From positions 294,812-358,811 of the forward strand of contig NMRA01000074.1 of NCBI GenBank assembly GCA_002633005.1: 64,000 bases of DNA, given 5' to 3'. Shown piece by piece: positions 31,001-41,619 of the stretch (position 1 is the first letter of the stretch; each line of letters opens with the position of its first letter). Position numbers and translations under genes: made by a program. The notes under the pieces were generated by a model that saw only the letters and a program-made list of their open reading frames with translations, searched no databases and was not told where the DNA came from. The stretch is from Phoronis australis (lineage: Eukaryota > Animalia > Phoronida).

Positions 31001-34000
31001 AGTGACTGAACATTAGATGGGATAACAGGTGTTACACCCACCCTTGAACTAAAAATTGTGTGACAAAATTAAGTTTCAATATCCATTTTCCGACAACATA
31101 ACGACACGATGAAAAATAACCCAGGGGAAATGGCAGCAGTGTTCTCCTTTCTTGCACTCATTTTCTTTAGTGGTGTATTTCCCAGCTTTTTATACATCTT
31201 TGCAACCATGATTGCCATTGAGGTTCGGTGAGATAAACAATTCACACTAATATGTCCAACATTTCAAATGTTTGCGAAAGAATGAAACCATGTTTTGTCC
31301 CTGTCCACTCAGCCTATCCTCCACACCGGAACTAGAAACTGGGTCAACGGAGAGGTGCTTTTGTGCTCTCACAACCATTAAGAGTTATACACAGAAGGTT
31401 TCCAATTAAGTTATATTAAAGTTAATACTTCAGAAAAATGCACAATTGCCTCACCTAACTACGTCCTCAGCCAGAGAAGGATCCAACACTACATCGTGTA
31501 GAAGACCCTCCAACACACTATGATACTGGGCAGGACCTCGCATCAGCCCCGCCTCCCCATCACTACTGGTCGTCATGGCGCTGGTATCCCTGACAGCAGC
31601 CGGTACCAAGGGGATAACGAATGGCCGCAGTAAAGGTCTCAGACTGTAGGTAGATGATACCTTGACCATCACCTGGACTACGGCTGGCACTTTGCAAAGG
31701 TGCTTCAAAGACCTGATAAAACAAGAAAGAGAAAACAATCCAAAATTTCGTAAAATTTCATGACGCCACAATAACTGTTTACTTCACTGTATGCATGCAC
31801 TGATTTGAGTCCATGTGCTGGTATATGAAAGTAAGTTAACTGGCAGGTGAAGTTGAATAACCATCTACAAAACTTAGTGTAAAGGTTGACAGTTGGGACA
31901 AAATACATCAAGAAATTAGCGGAGGAAATACAAAGAACAGCCAAAAGACACACGCCTACACTTAAAAATGAAGCTCACTCAGGTGCATATCTGTGCGAAA
32001 CACCTTAATCTTGAAAAATCATTCTTTGAAAATCGGCAGTTCAACTCACTAGGTGGCGTTAGTACTACCACGGTACAACTTGTAGAAATGCAAGCAATCG
32101 GGTAAACATCTGGGATTGTTTGCACACAGACGTAAACACACTGACGTAACCACACTGACAACCTGCTTTCTACCTTTATTCATTAGCGCCACCTGGTGAA
32201 CATAAGTCTCCCATTTCACTTGCCGGTGCAAACCCCGCACTTCTAACACTTTGATTTAAACACAGGATACATCCACAATCATTCACTTTTGGCTACAAGA
32301 AATTATTACTCATTTTCACTTACAATACAAATCAAAAGTACTCAGACAAAATGACCCAGAATTCCGCAATCATGACAGCTTGGTGGATGTCAAATTCATC
32401 TTGAGATCAGTTTTCCCTCACTAATTAAGAGGAATAACAGGAAAGTTCTTAATAGCTATTGCCAATCATTTTTGCTGATAACAGACTTTGCAATAGATGA
32501 ACGGTAGTTTCTCTGCCTCTGCTGATTACTTTTGTCTTGTAACATAGATGATAATGAGGCCATCTCACGAGTCTGGCACACTTGCATTACCGTTTTGGCA
32601 GTTTGTCAATGGATTGTGTCTGATATACCAACAGCAAGCACATGATGGCCTCTTCTACCAGCTGCGGAGTTATGTACTGCAAGGAACACCATGAAATAGT
32701 AAACAGCAGTAGACAATGGTGACACAGGCTTCTTAAAGGTATACTCTAAAGGTCAAACACTCCACAAATCACGATTTGGGAATTAGTGACAAGTGAATCT
32801 TTGGCGACTAGCGTTACTTGATGGGCCTGCGAAGTGGTGTGGAGGCCTTTTCTCAGAAACCACATGAAAATGCATAATTTATTTTTCTACTTGAATATTC
32901 CTTGAATATGCATTGTGTATGATATAGTACACTTTTTATACAAACTTAAGGATTAAATTCATCTTGTAACGCTTTTTACAATACCTTGGTCAACGAAGCC
33001 ACGACCGTCTCAACAAACGATGACCTCAACTTGACCCTGTTCACCAGCTGACCGAGTATCATGTAGGTTGCAGCCTTGTAGTCAATGTTCTTGGACTTAA
33101 CTCCCCTGATCAAGTACGGCAACAACTGAGACAGCACGCTCTCGTTCATCTCGTTGGCGTACTCCAATGAGCCAACAATGGTCGATGCGTAGAACGACAT
33201 GAGGACACGCAAAGGGGAGCCATAGTGGCTCGGCGTGGTCCCGTGGACCTGACAGGAAATATCACAAATAATTATAACAAGAAAAGCTGGATTGGTTTTG
33301 CTAATAGTGCACGCCGTTTTGAAGCTTGCCCACAATTTTGAATGCAACAAGAACAAGACAGGTATGATATACGTAAGAAACACAATTTAGTAAAATTCCT
33401 CGTCACTAGGATGAAGAGCAGGTAGAACTCCCGGGTGAAAACTGGTCATTAATGGCCATACAGGGGAACAAAAATTTATCAAATTACACGCATTCGGTAT
33501 GCACTGCATCATCCACGTGGGCTTAGACTTGTATTGTAACCCCTATGCTTGATTGGGTATGACCAAGGGATGAGTACATGTCGAACTGACAAGACAACTG
33601 TTGTTTCGTTGTGAGTTTGTCATATGAAATTATCAAAATAAAGCAAGGTATGTTCTATCTCAGAATCTTACCTTCAGATACAGTTTTTACTACTACTAGA
33701 ATTGGAAGGGACAGACAGCAAATGCTATTGGCATTGCAACCGCATTCAATCTCCACCTTTTTAGTCTATACAGCCTGACCAACAGTTAATTAATTTGACA
33801 ATCAATACAATGATGTCAGGAAACCGTTTGGAGACATATCTGTTGACCTTGACCTTCACCTTGTCTGTAGTATCGTTAGCACCAACTGCCAGGTTTGAGC
33901 CCGGCTTGAAACAAAAGCCTTTTCATACTCAACTACAGGTCAGGTGATGTGATTGACATCAGGCATCAAAGAAGACTGATTTTTAATTAAACCACATCAA

Positions 34001-37000
34001 TGTGCTTATATATAACAACACGATAACATACGTGCTTATGCACTCCCAAATTTCGAAAAGGTGCCTTCTATAACTTGGCATTTGATTATTATCAACTGGT
34101 GGTCCCGATCACTCAGTGGACTAGAGAATCTGCATGGTTACAAGTAAGTCGCAGGTTCGCGGCCCAGTCAGGACAGAAATCATTTCAGACAAACTGATAG
34201 GTCATGTGATGTGACAGGTCATTTGATGTGACCAACATACTGTTGTTTTTTATACGTTCCTACCTTCAGAAACTTGGGCACCATCTCACAAACGAAATGC
34301 CTGAAGGCCGGATCTTTAGCGCAGTGAGTAACTAGAGTGGATGTTGCCAAGGGGACGCCTGGTTTCTGTAACAAAACACAGGAAATGAAAAACAAAATTA
34401 ATGTTGTGATCACCAACAATTTCAAAGCCAACTATGTGAAATATTATAACGGCTAGTTGCTAGTCACGTCATCGCATCAGGTTACCATGAAGAAGCCATT
34501 TGTTCGGAGTATTTGACAAGTGCAAAATTTTAGCGTGCTACTCTTATTGTTTGTATTGCAAGAAATCGTGTAAACTGAAGAAGACTGTATCTTTCTGCCC
34601 CTCTCTCAAAGTTTTTAATAGGAATTACTACCGTGCGGAGAAATGATCTTATTATAAAAATTTGCAAAACAAACAATTGACCTATCGCAAGCTCCGCCCC
34701 CTTGCGAAAAGTTGACAAACAATAAGTTTTACACAGCAACATGTTTTGTCGGGTAAAACGACGGCTTGGAAACAAAGGTGTCTAAAAAATGCTGCGTTCT
34801 GATAAGGTCAGTTAAGCCGTCACTCAAAATCCTGGTGATAGTTCAATTGAGGATATGATTGACACTTGCAATTGCAGCAACCTCTGGCGTCACTGTTGTA
34901 TAGAATGACTGTTTTTTCTTTACATTTTTGTATGTGTACTTCCTCTAATTGATTGCATCTATACGCCACAGCTATTGTATTTGTTATTTTGTTGTTCGCC
35001 TGGATATGGAAACATAAGTGTAAAAAAGTTGACAATAACACTTCTTGTTGAAAATTAACACAATTTCGATTCAAACATTTTTGTCAGCCCACTTCAACAA
35101 TAATTCAGCGATACTTTTTGTCTGCCTTCCTTCTGGGCTTTGCCAAAACTATGCTACAAACGCGAATGAATAACACTCAACCTATGACAGTATGAAAAGC
35201 ACCAAGTCGTCAGTTGCAACTCAGGTCACAAATCCAAAGTTCAGTTTGCACACGATAAAAGGCTGTTGAGCAAGCTCTTATCAGTGTTTGGAGCACCTGT
35301 ATTTTCCTGCAGTATCTTGGGTAATGCCACTCGGCTTGTAGGAGTTGCGACTAACACCCTGCACAAATCTCAGTTCAAATTTCCAAGTTTCAGTTTACAA
35401 ATGCATTTTTTTGTGAAAAATGTACTTTCCATCAAAAACAATAAACCAAGTTCAGATGAACACACCTCATGAAGTTGGTTGCTCCATAAGGTACTCATCA
35501 CTCACACTAAAAAGAATGTTGTTACCTGGATAGGATGTATCCAGTGCCACCTGCTGGTCGGATCATCAAGCTTCAACAGCTGCACGGCGCGAACAAATAT
35601 CTTACTATCGTGGTAGGGCAGTATGCACGTGATCAGCTCATCAACGTTGAATTGGTGAATGCGGTACCTAAAGGTTTACACAGAAATGATTAAGGTTTTT
35701 AATTAACATTAAAGATGAATTTGCATGCTCCTAACTATGCTAATGTATAGCCAGAACTAAATGACAATGCTTTTTTCAAATAGCACGAGAGGAAACGGAG
35801 ACATGTCACATGACAGTGGATGTTGTCTTTATATAAGATAATCATGATTTTAACCGTTACATACTAAGAATGGTCAACAAGAAAACAATCAGAGTCGAAA
35901 ACCTGCACGTTTAAAGTACTGTCAGTCTACAGCATCAAGTACAGCTTAGGGCCATGTGACTCTGCAAACAGACATTCTTGGAAAAAAATTCAACATTTCC
36001 GAAAAAGCCACGTCCAACAAGAGACACCGGTGTGAGATTTCAATGCAATAGACAATACGCATCAAACCTGTAAATGAGCCACTCCAGGGCTTTGTGCGCT
36101 GGCTTCAACAGAAAGTAGGGCGACAGTCGGACCAGGAACTCGCCGATGGTCTCATCCAGCTGAACATTAACTTCTTGTGACTGAATGCTGCGCTCAAAGT
36201 CTTGTGCCGTCTCATTAAACAAAGACATTTCATAGCCGTGGAAGGCTTCATCAATGTTCTGTAGCTCTTCCAAACCATTAGAACCTGGGAACAACAACAG
36301 GGAACTGCTGTTTAACACAGTTTCAGCTGGTATCTTGTTTCCTTTTACGTCAATTTACCAGGCTGTAATTTTCAGCTGCCATGAGTTTTTTAGACCTCAC
36401 AGCAATTGCTTAGCTACATATTATAGTTCAGTGCTTAACTTGTTATATGACTCATAATATGAGGCTTTCTAACGATCTCAAGAAAATATCTTTGCCTACT
36501 GCAGAGTCTGTGAGTTTCCTTTCATTCTACAGGTTTTTCATGAAAATGTAGGCATCATATACATTAAGTAATTGTTTACAACTGCATAGTCACAAAAATA
36601 CATTTTATAAGCTAAAAGATCATAGTTAATTCAATCTGGTCTGTACCATGGCTCTATTGGAACCTGGTTTCACTATTCAAAGAAAATGGCACCAGACCAC
36701 ATTAACTTTGTCCAAAGTCTTGAACTTTTTGGAAAGTCCCACAAAGGCAGATAAGCTTGTCGTTCCTTGTCAGTGATGCATAATCGTCAATTATAAAATG
36801 ATGCACTGCACTGCTTCGCATGCACCAATTGCACCTACATTTGACTTGAAATATTAATGCTTTCAGAGAACCAACAAGGGTTTGAATATAGATTTTCACT
36901 CAAAAGACTTAGTTTTGCATTGTCTCAATCTACACTACATTAAACGTAAAAACACAGTTGAGAGTGGAGGAATAGCAAGGATAGTCCCAGAATACATTTA

Positions 37001-37607
37001 CCAATGGGAGCACTCCTTTCTAAAATCCCAGTTTACTCTGATCAAACAGCAGAGACAGTCTCTGTATAAGTGTTCACTTAGCAGGGTCCTCACTAAGCAC
37101 CAATTCAACAATCCACCCCATGCCACAACCCCCTACCCAATGCCACAAACACCCCACTCATTAAGTTATGTGTCAAGCAGCCAATAAAGCTGATTTGTAG
37201 CACTAATTCTAACTTTAAGAGGAATATTTTAATCACCAGAAAGGAATTTTGGGCCTGCCGAGGGAAATTTCACAAGATTTTTAATAAGGAAATGGGGCAA
37301 ATGTGGAGGCACACAGTGAGTTGCTTAGCAACTATTAATTGACAAATTACTCACAGATGCTTCTGCTGAGGACCACAATCAACACATTTTCATGTAAAAA
37401 CAAAAACGTTTGCTTTGATATCTAGTAATGAAATTTCAACAAGACACCACCTCAAAATGAATTACCTATGGAAAAAATGGTGTCTCTGTCCAAATTTGCA
37501 GCTTCCTTTGGATCAAACAGCAGAGACGGTCTACGTTTGTCTTCGCTTAACAACGACTGTGCGTGGGGAAGCGCGAGCTTTTGAAGCTGCCTAGCGAGAG
37601 AGGTCAT
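926..37607 (-). CDS. HEATR1: HEAT repeat-containing protein 1 (UTP10/BAP28), multi-exon gene, 3'-partial; 34 coding exons, ~1838 aa in window
   Basis: N-terminus MTSLARQLQKLALP..SLLFDPKEAANLDRDT, LSPYFLLKPAHKALEWLI, LHNVMSIFTFMGANVMRQDDAYSF, FVDAHPHIPHHRRLPLF, VRRKAMELLNNKL, LPHFLSPY match HEATR1; all hand-called exons have AG/GT ends and chain in phase (5514 nt counting duplicated exons once). Confidence 0.96.
1435..1514 (-). CDS. HEATR1: HEATR1 coding exon 33
   Basis: SAYLSSL...LTLRLKTVR; phase fits. Confidence 0.85.
2059..2158 (-). CDS. HEATR1: HEATR1 coding exon 32
   Basis: LQKVLESLPHFLSPY. Confidence 0.92.
2974..3146 (-). CDS. HEATR1: HEATR1 coding exon 31
   Basis: SALLCLAELCLCLKAHAIPYLSRFMP. 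Confidence 0.92.
3734..3898 (-). CDS. HEATR1: HEATR1 coding exon 30
   Basis: AVNRQTALYSLKLLCK. Confidence 0.93.
4257..4345. repeat. degenerate ~22-bp tandem repeat (ggtggccacacccactcRat)
   Basis: about 4 imperfect copies. Confidence 0.7.
4387..4530 (-). CDS. HEATR1: HEATR1 coding exon 29
   Basis: INSLLP...VRRKAMELLNNKL. Confidence 0.93.
4952..5128 (-). CDS. HEATR1: HEATR1 coding exon 28
   Basis: AKFWRALLHKAYDVLDK. Confidence 0.93.
5847..5997. repeat. 18-bp minisatellite (tctaaaatatgaacaaaa) x ~8
   Basis: seen directly; produces the spurious LKYEQN ORF. Confidence 0.95.
7695..7852 (-). CDS. HEATR1: HEATR1 coding exon 27
   Basis: LFDPATHTAKQLRHFKF. Confidence 0.92.
9347..9461 (-). CDS. HEATR1: HEATR1 coding exon 26
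   Basis: HPHLEFCLSLCHQF...YLASLPQD; donor could lie 3 nt further right. Confidence 0.85.
9943..10692. repeat. ~300-bp direct duplication (9943-10242 = 10391-10692) across a single-N join; probably two haplotypes
   Basis: near-identical copies, N at 10243. Confidence 0.85.
10244..10390. mobile_element. right end of PIF/Harbinger-type MITE (same family as 18669-19239)
   Basis: ends ...cccatacagattttgctggaacagccc|TGA. Confidence 0.75.
10920..11161. mobile_element. MITE with imperfect TIRs; related copy at 11936-12181
   Basis: ggtaaaatctcaccaattt...aaatcggtgagatttt; shared internal aaatttcacttgtc. Confidence 0.6.
11217..11456 (-). CDS. HEATR1: HEATR1 coding exon 25
   Basis: VIRVFVDAHPHIPHHRRLPLF. 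Confidence 0.93.
11689..11762 (-). ncRNA. intronic C/D-box snoRNA, paralog 1 (18S rRNA guide)
   Basis: sense strand GGCCT-g-ATGATGA...ACTCTAATTTTTT-a-CTGA-AGGCC: terminal stem, C and D boxes, 13-nt complement to 18S AAAAAATTAGAGT. Confidence 0.8.
11936..12181. mobile_element. MITE, diverged relative of 10920-11161
   Basis: cggtaaaattgcaccaatttc...gaaattggtgaaattt. Confidence 0.55.
12286..12536 (-). CDS. HEATR1: HEATR1 coding exon 24
   Basis: IVQCIRVSDNPQTHRQALLLL...RQDDAYSFQVI. Confidence 0.94.
13423..13535 (-). CDS. HEATR1: HEATR1 coding exon 23
   Basis: CLEV..SVEYTKQLCLSCIQVICQKLSPD. Confidence 0.92.
13950..14096 (-). CDS. HEATR1: HEATR1 coding exon 22
   Basis: WRRLVLILEVLQTKKKL...LVPALFSLISR. 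Confidence 0.92.
14999..15093 (-). CDS. HEATR1: HEATR1 coding exon 21
   Basis: LSLDAGQVLVEV...TVRDVKRIRR. Confidence 0.87.
16014..16145 (-). CDS. HEATR1: HEATR1 coding exon 20
   Basis: ITREFFQALPSDNLRQDLLHILFD...ALKG. Confidence 0.88.
17122..17501 (+). mobile_element. possible solo LTR
   Basis: TGTTGA...TCAACA termini, AATAAA ~75 nt from end; TSD not clean. Confidence 0.3.
17576..17649 (-). ncRNA. intronic C/D-box snoRNA, paralog 2 (18S rRNA guide)
   Basis: same 74-nt layout; identical guide, D box and stem; C box ATGATGT. Confidence 0.78.
17781..18026. mobile_element. MITE (Harbinger-like TIR); relative at 24203-24469
   Basis: ggctccgttccaagaaattgactt...aagtcagttttcatggaaccagcc. Confidence 0.6.
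18669..19239. mobile_element. PIF/Harbinger-type MITE, complete
   Basis: ~40-bp TIRs GGGCTGTTCCAG...CTGGAACAGCCC with 3-bp TTA TSD on both sides. Confidence 0.85.
19491..19730 (-). CDS. HEATR1: HEATR1 coding exon 19
   Basis: PVLETLMPLLGRLL...LQLTTLSQ. Confidence 0.87.
20000..20171. repeat. 42-bp tandem repeat x4 spanning exon-18 splice donor
   Basis: unit aaacaccagtagacatacagccaacataccacactattcact. Confidence 0.95.
20155..20549 (-). CDS. HEATR1: HEATR1 coding exon 18
   Basis: RLLLSITSPVRAI...EELMADPGYM...LGLVNSV; donor tandemly repeated (see findings). Confidence 0.85.
21537..21717 (-). CDS. HEATR1: HEATR1 coding exon 17
   Basis: LKFLSSLW...LQARAL. Confidence 0.87.
21943..22082 (-). CDS. 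HEATR1: HEATR1 coding exon 16
   Basis: DSDWWD...LIKMFDLL...ENFLK. Confidence 0.85.
22601..22769 (-). CDS. HEATR1: HEATR1 coding exon 15
   Basis: VCSSDT...ALVDALKIDASLS, donor gtgag. Confidence 0.8.
22890..23031 (-). repeat. tRNA-derived repeat (SINE-like head)
   Basis: A box TGGCTCAGTGG, B box GGTTCGAGTCC, broken anticodon stem; diverged copy at 34098-34215. Confidence 0.75.
23631..23792 (-). CDS. HEATR1: HEATR1 coding exon 14
   Basis: VDLLVSH...DLIKENK. Confidence 0.8.
24203..24469. mobile_element. MITE, relative of 17781-18026
   Basis: ctg|gggcctgtttcaggaaaagtg...cacttttcatga...|ctg; shared gacttaag...atttggtctc. Confidence 0.55.
24509..24633 (-). CDS. HEATR1: HEATR1 coding exon 13
   Basis: WKSKH...NLVVVEGMARGL...IKF, donor gtaagt. 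Confidence 0.8.
24819..25018 (-). CDS. HEATR1: HEATR1 coding exon 12
   Basis: NKCKVLAIELM...SPLLKDVIK. Confidence 0.85.
25237..25325 (-). CDS. HEATR1: HEATR1 coding exon 11
   Basis: TLLDIISPSEILEHLLSIL...W; phase fits. Confidence 0.83.
26313..26405 (-). CDS. HEATR1: HEATR1 coding exon 10
   Basis: DYDASFAKGALCDRLRDDVEDVVLRVVQLKQ; partial second copy 28940-28986 runs into gap. Confidence 0.88.
26979..27204 (-). CDS. HEATR1: HEATR1 coding exon 9 (copy B)
   Basis: near-identical to copy A (S/N and A/V differences). Confidence 0.8.
28035..28142 (-). CDS. HEATR1: HEATR1 coding exon 8 (copy B)
   Basis: near-identical to copy A. Confidence 0.8.
29559..29784 (-). CDS. HEATR1: HEATR1 coding exon 9 (copy A)
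   Basis: YPAVFD...SLILGLSHPNVSVRCLAV; duplicated at 26979-27204. Confidence 0.8.
30576..30683 (-). CDS. HEATR1: HEATR1 coding exon 8 (copy A)
   Basis: SVVKEYLS...ELVRVLERR; duplicated at 28035-28142. Confidence 0.8.
31455..31712 (-). CDS. HEATR1: HEATR1 coding exon 7
   Basis: SLKHLCKVP...LAEDVVR. Confidence 0.88.
32591..32676 (-). CDS. HEATR1: HEATR1 coding exon 6
   Basis: YITPQLVEEAIMCLLLVYQTQSIDKLPKR; phase fits neighbours. Confidence 0.88.
32985..33248 (-). CDS. HEATR1: HEATR1 coding exon 5
   Basis: VHG...SFYASTIV...DYKAATYMILGQL...LTK. Confidence 0.92.
34098..34215 (+). repeat. tRNA-derived repeat, diverged copy
   Basis: ggtcccgatcactcagtggactagag...ggttcgcggcccagtc..cagaaatcatttcagac. 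Confidence 0.65.
34264..34365 (-). CDS. HEATR1: HEATR1 coding exon 4
   Basis: KPGVPLATSTLVTHC...PKFLK. Confidence 0.92.
35526..35667 (-). CDS. HEATR1: HEATR1 coding exon 3
   Basis: YRIHQFNVDELITCILPYHDSKIFVRAVQLL...WHWIHPIQ; not in ORF track. Confidence 0.93.
36068..36284 (-). CDS. HEATR1: HEATR1 coding exon 2
   Basis: SNGLEEL...PAHKALEWLIYR; AG/GT. Confidence 0.93.
37466..37607 (-). CDS. HEATR1: HEATR1 coding exon 1 (start codon)
   Basis: MTSLARQLQ...DTIFSIG, donor gtaat; upstream acceptor ttttcag at 37667 implies a non-coding first exon further right. Confidence 0.93.
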
Positions 37608-38577
37608 CGTGGAAGGGCTCAGTCCAATGTCAAGTCCCAAGGGGTAAGTTCAGTCCAATGCAGAGCCTGAAAATAAGTGAGCCATGAACAACTGCAATGT
37701 CACCAAGTGTCCAGCCTTTGCAAGGGCATTCATTTTCAAAACAATGTTGGCACATAATAATTGACATGTAAAGGCGATTTTTTCATCTTTAAGACTCTCT
37801 AGTCTCTCCATTGAGATTTTTCCCAAACATTTTGAAGAAATGAACAAGCTTAACAAAATTTTGCCAAAATGTATTTTGAAATTAATGCCCTTACATGTAC
37901 ATGGCAGGTTGTTAGCGTAACAGGACACAGCCATTTACCCGGGTTCCCCATTTTGAGAATCAGTTTTCTCTTATGAATAACGGGCATCAAACTGATTCTC
38001 AAAATCCAGGACGCCCGTAAGTGATTATTATTGGGATGCATATAGTCACTAAGCCAACAAGCAAGAATGAATCCAATTTACACATATCAATCAATAGCAA
38101 ACTCGTACTGAATTTTGAACACTGACAAATATCTTAAAAGTGATTTTAAAGGTGGCATTGAATACAGAAATCTGGGCTGTGCTGCGTAGACACAGCATAT
38201 ACAGGAGAAAACCTAGTGTATTCAAGTGCATGGCAATCACTCACAAAGACTAGCGTGACGTTGTACTTTTGCAAGTCTCTTGTGTCTACGGAACACAGCC
38301 CTGAAAACCACCTACAGCATTGCTCAAGGAGACTGTCAAGTATACTATGCAATGTGCAACGGCTATATGTATTAACAACAGTAAAACAACACTGTGTAGG
38401 ACTACTGTAATGCCACCATTTGGTGACACATTACACTATTCACAGAAATGACGTATAAAAAATAACGAAACATTGCAAATACAATAAATGAAAAGTTAAG
38501 CCTTTAAAAACCTTTACTAAGTTGCACACTATAAGCAAGTTGTTGCAAAACATCAATCTCATTTTCATACATTTTTA

Positions 38578-38838
38578 TATGCACGCACCCAGCCTTTAGT
38601 AGGGGGGGTTCGAATTTCTGGCGATGTGGACCTTTTGCTGACAAAAAAGCGCGACAGGACTAAAAAAACGGGATACCCCCTTACCTTCAGAACTGTGAAC
38701 TGTGTGTCTGCACCTTTCTAGTGGACTTTTTGTCTCGTTTTTTCGGACTTTTTGTTTCTCTGAGGCGGACCTCTTTGTCCACTTCGCCAATTGGGGGGCT
38801 CATTCGAGCCCCCAGAGCCCACCCTAGGTGCGCACATG
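38578..38838. mobile_element. probable MITE
   Basis: imperfect TIR atgcacgcacccag / ctaggtgcgcacatg with GC-rich subterminal runs. Confidence 0.45.
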
Positions 38839-39129
38839 TTTTATACACAACTTTTTAGCTTGAAAATTTGCGTCAGTAAATATTCCATATTAGTTGTATG
38901 AAAGTCCTACACAACCATAAATGAAAAATCCCAGTATGTAACTCTCAAAAACTTTGGCTAGTATTACACCCGGCTCACACCAGTAAAAACATCACTCAAC
39001 TCCTCAATTTCTCGATTGTCAGCGTCACAAGAACTTTTTTAGCATATAAATAAGTACTTTTAATGGATCCGTTTTCATTATTACGGTCAGCAACATTTTG
39101 TAAGACAAGCCATTCCTTCCCTAAGTCAC

Positions 39130-39300
39130 AAATAACCTGACTACATCAGATGAATTTAAATCAATTTCAACTCAGATCGAGACTTAAAATCACTTTAGGA
39201 ACCATGTGCACATGCGGGCAGCTCAGCATAACTCAATCTGAACTTCATATTCAGGTATGGTGCAGTTTCTTCAAATTACGTAGAACACAATATGGCGGAA
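39130..39300. promoter_or_regulatory. candidate HEATR1 promoter / non-coding first-exon region
   Basis: E-box-like catgtgcacatgcg (~39204) and YY1-like atatggcgg (~39290) 1.6 kb upstream of ATG exon; motif-level only. Confidence 0.25.
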
Positions 39301-41619
39301 CACTAAAATTTTATTTTATGAAAATTTTCAACAAGAGTAAAGAAGAAGACAATTTTACGGGAATATTTGAACTTTATGTAGTACGACTGTCACTAATAAA
39401 CTCACGGTGAAATTTTAAAAAATTTGCCAATACAGTGACCCTTTGAAAATGACAAATAACAACTTTGGCCATATTTCTGTTCGCATTTGAGGAGACTACA
39501 GTACATCTTAAATGGCTGACTACTGTATTATTGAGCTTAAATTTACGTATCTTTATATTGTAGCGTGTCTTGGGACGGTGTGACAATTTGGACCTGCAAA
39601 TCCATGTTCATTTCCATTGTTTATGGCATAATAAAGAATGATGAGGTGTTGCTTCGGTGGTGCATGTGACAACTCAGTATTTGACCATGCTTTGGCTCTT
39701 TTCACTTTCCCTGCAGGGCATCAGTGAACCGTGGATATGGTATAAGTTTGTAGTAGAAACTTGCATGTTCTAGACATGACACACTGGCACTGGGTACGAT
39801 TACTGTCACACTCATTTTTGTGGAGCCACAAAACTTTTAATTTAAAGTGACTTTTCTCTTATTTTCTTGTTTTTGGGTGCTGAATTCACAGTTTTCACAT
39901 GTAGTACTGTGAAAGAAGGTTTAATGATGCTGACAATGTAGCCACTTATCAAAATAAGGGAAATGGTGGTTTTAGCAATTTAAATACTTCCTGTTGGCTA
40001 TATTTCCAGAACGATGTCGATTGTCTGTGCAAGTGCCACCCGCTAGACACCATCACCAAGAGGGTGTTCATGGAGACAGACCAACAAAGATTGCCGTAAC
40101 CAATACTTTGGAGGCATACAAGAGGAGGGGGCGTTATTATGACAATTATATAGTTATTATTTATAGCACTTCTACAATTAGCACATTCCAAATTCAACTC
40201 TCCTCTTTGCGGAGGTAGAAAAAAACTATATGATTGATCTAGTTTTAAAAAATTTGGGCTGCTTTCACACTTCTGAGTTGAGTAAGATGAGAGAGGAACA
40301 ACTGATCATGCTCATTTGACTTTTCAATTGTTTGACGTCTGCGATGTAACTAATTATTCGACAGCAAAAAATTATTGGTATCAGAATTATGAAAGGCAAA
40401 CTAATTTTAATGTAAAATAGTAATTTCTTGTCAACAATGTACAGCGATGGTTCAAGTAGCCTCCGAATGTGCAGCAATATGGGAAATTACCTCAGAATCA
40501 GAAAGGGCAGTGTGGGACTCTAGGAATCTCCATTTGTGAAAAGACCATCTCAAACTTTATTTAATAATAATTTTGAAATGAAAATCTTTATCCATCCAGG
40601 AAAGGATATCAGAGAAATTAAACCTGTTCATATGGACTAGATCATGCATAGTAACAAATCCCTAAGCTCTTCTCACGGTGCTCTCGCAAGATATGATCTA
40701 CAGTAACATTCAAAGCAGTAGACAAAGCAAACCTGCCTCCCTCGTCTACCGAGTGATGGATTTAACGCTTTAACATAGATGGCTTCCATGACGCCTCTAT
40801 CAAACCAGTTAATTTGGCTACTGAACAACTATTCTCAAACTTGTCACCATTCGCATGCATGTGTACATACACTGCTCATGAGACACCTTCCCCTGCATTA
40901 CCCCAATTCCTCCAAAGTAGGTATAGCTGTTGAGTTTTGCCAATTTTGTCTTTGTAGTTTAGATGCAGAGATGTGCCAATTTAAGCAGATAAAGGTAAAC
41001 TGATATGAACTCGATTCTAAGCTCCGGTGTAAATAGGGTGAAAGTAGGATTTCTTCAATGCCAAATACCAGCTATAATGCCATTGAAACAATACTGTTGA
41101 TAAGAAATGTAAATAATTCAAGAATTGGACAAGAAAATGATATCAGTGGTCAGGTTAAGCAAGAGGAAGACAATGACAGAATGACTTACAATGGACAAGC
41201 CTTTGCAAAACGCTCATTAAGAACAATGTGCGCAAAACATTTGCTTCAAGAACAAGATAAATGTAGCAGAACCTATTATTTAAACATCATCCTGCTGCTT
41301 TTAGGTGAGCGACAAAACAAGATTCTTCAAGAAGATCTCCACTCAAGAAATCATAACCTTTAGATTTAGAAGAAGTTATCACTGTAAGATCTTTCATAAG
41401 TTTTTTGATTAACGGTGGACAGACATCTCTTTTGACCAAAACCAACCCGTACATTCATGAAAGAAAAAAAGAATTTCTGAACAGGTATAAATTTGTGGAG
41501 CCTCAAAATGTTGATCACAGACTTTGTGAGGAGTGCCATTACATGCGATTTCACTAAGGTAACTTGAGTGACAACACACGCTTTGTCCTAGATGAACATC
41601 CACTAGCTACCACTTGGAA

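Larger units (their letters stand above)
26359..31356. repeat. ~2.4-kb tandem duplication (26359-28815 vs 28940-31356) flanking N gap; probably allelic
   Basis: near-identical copies each ending at the gap 28816-28939. Confidence 0.9.

Noticed and set aside
39950-40700. decayed USP peptidase (GFSNLNTSCW; IMHSNKSL..H)
   Set aside because: Only loose motif resemblance, no sustained frame
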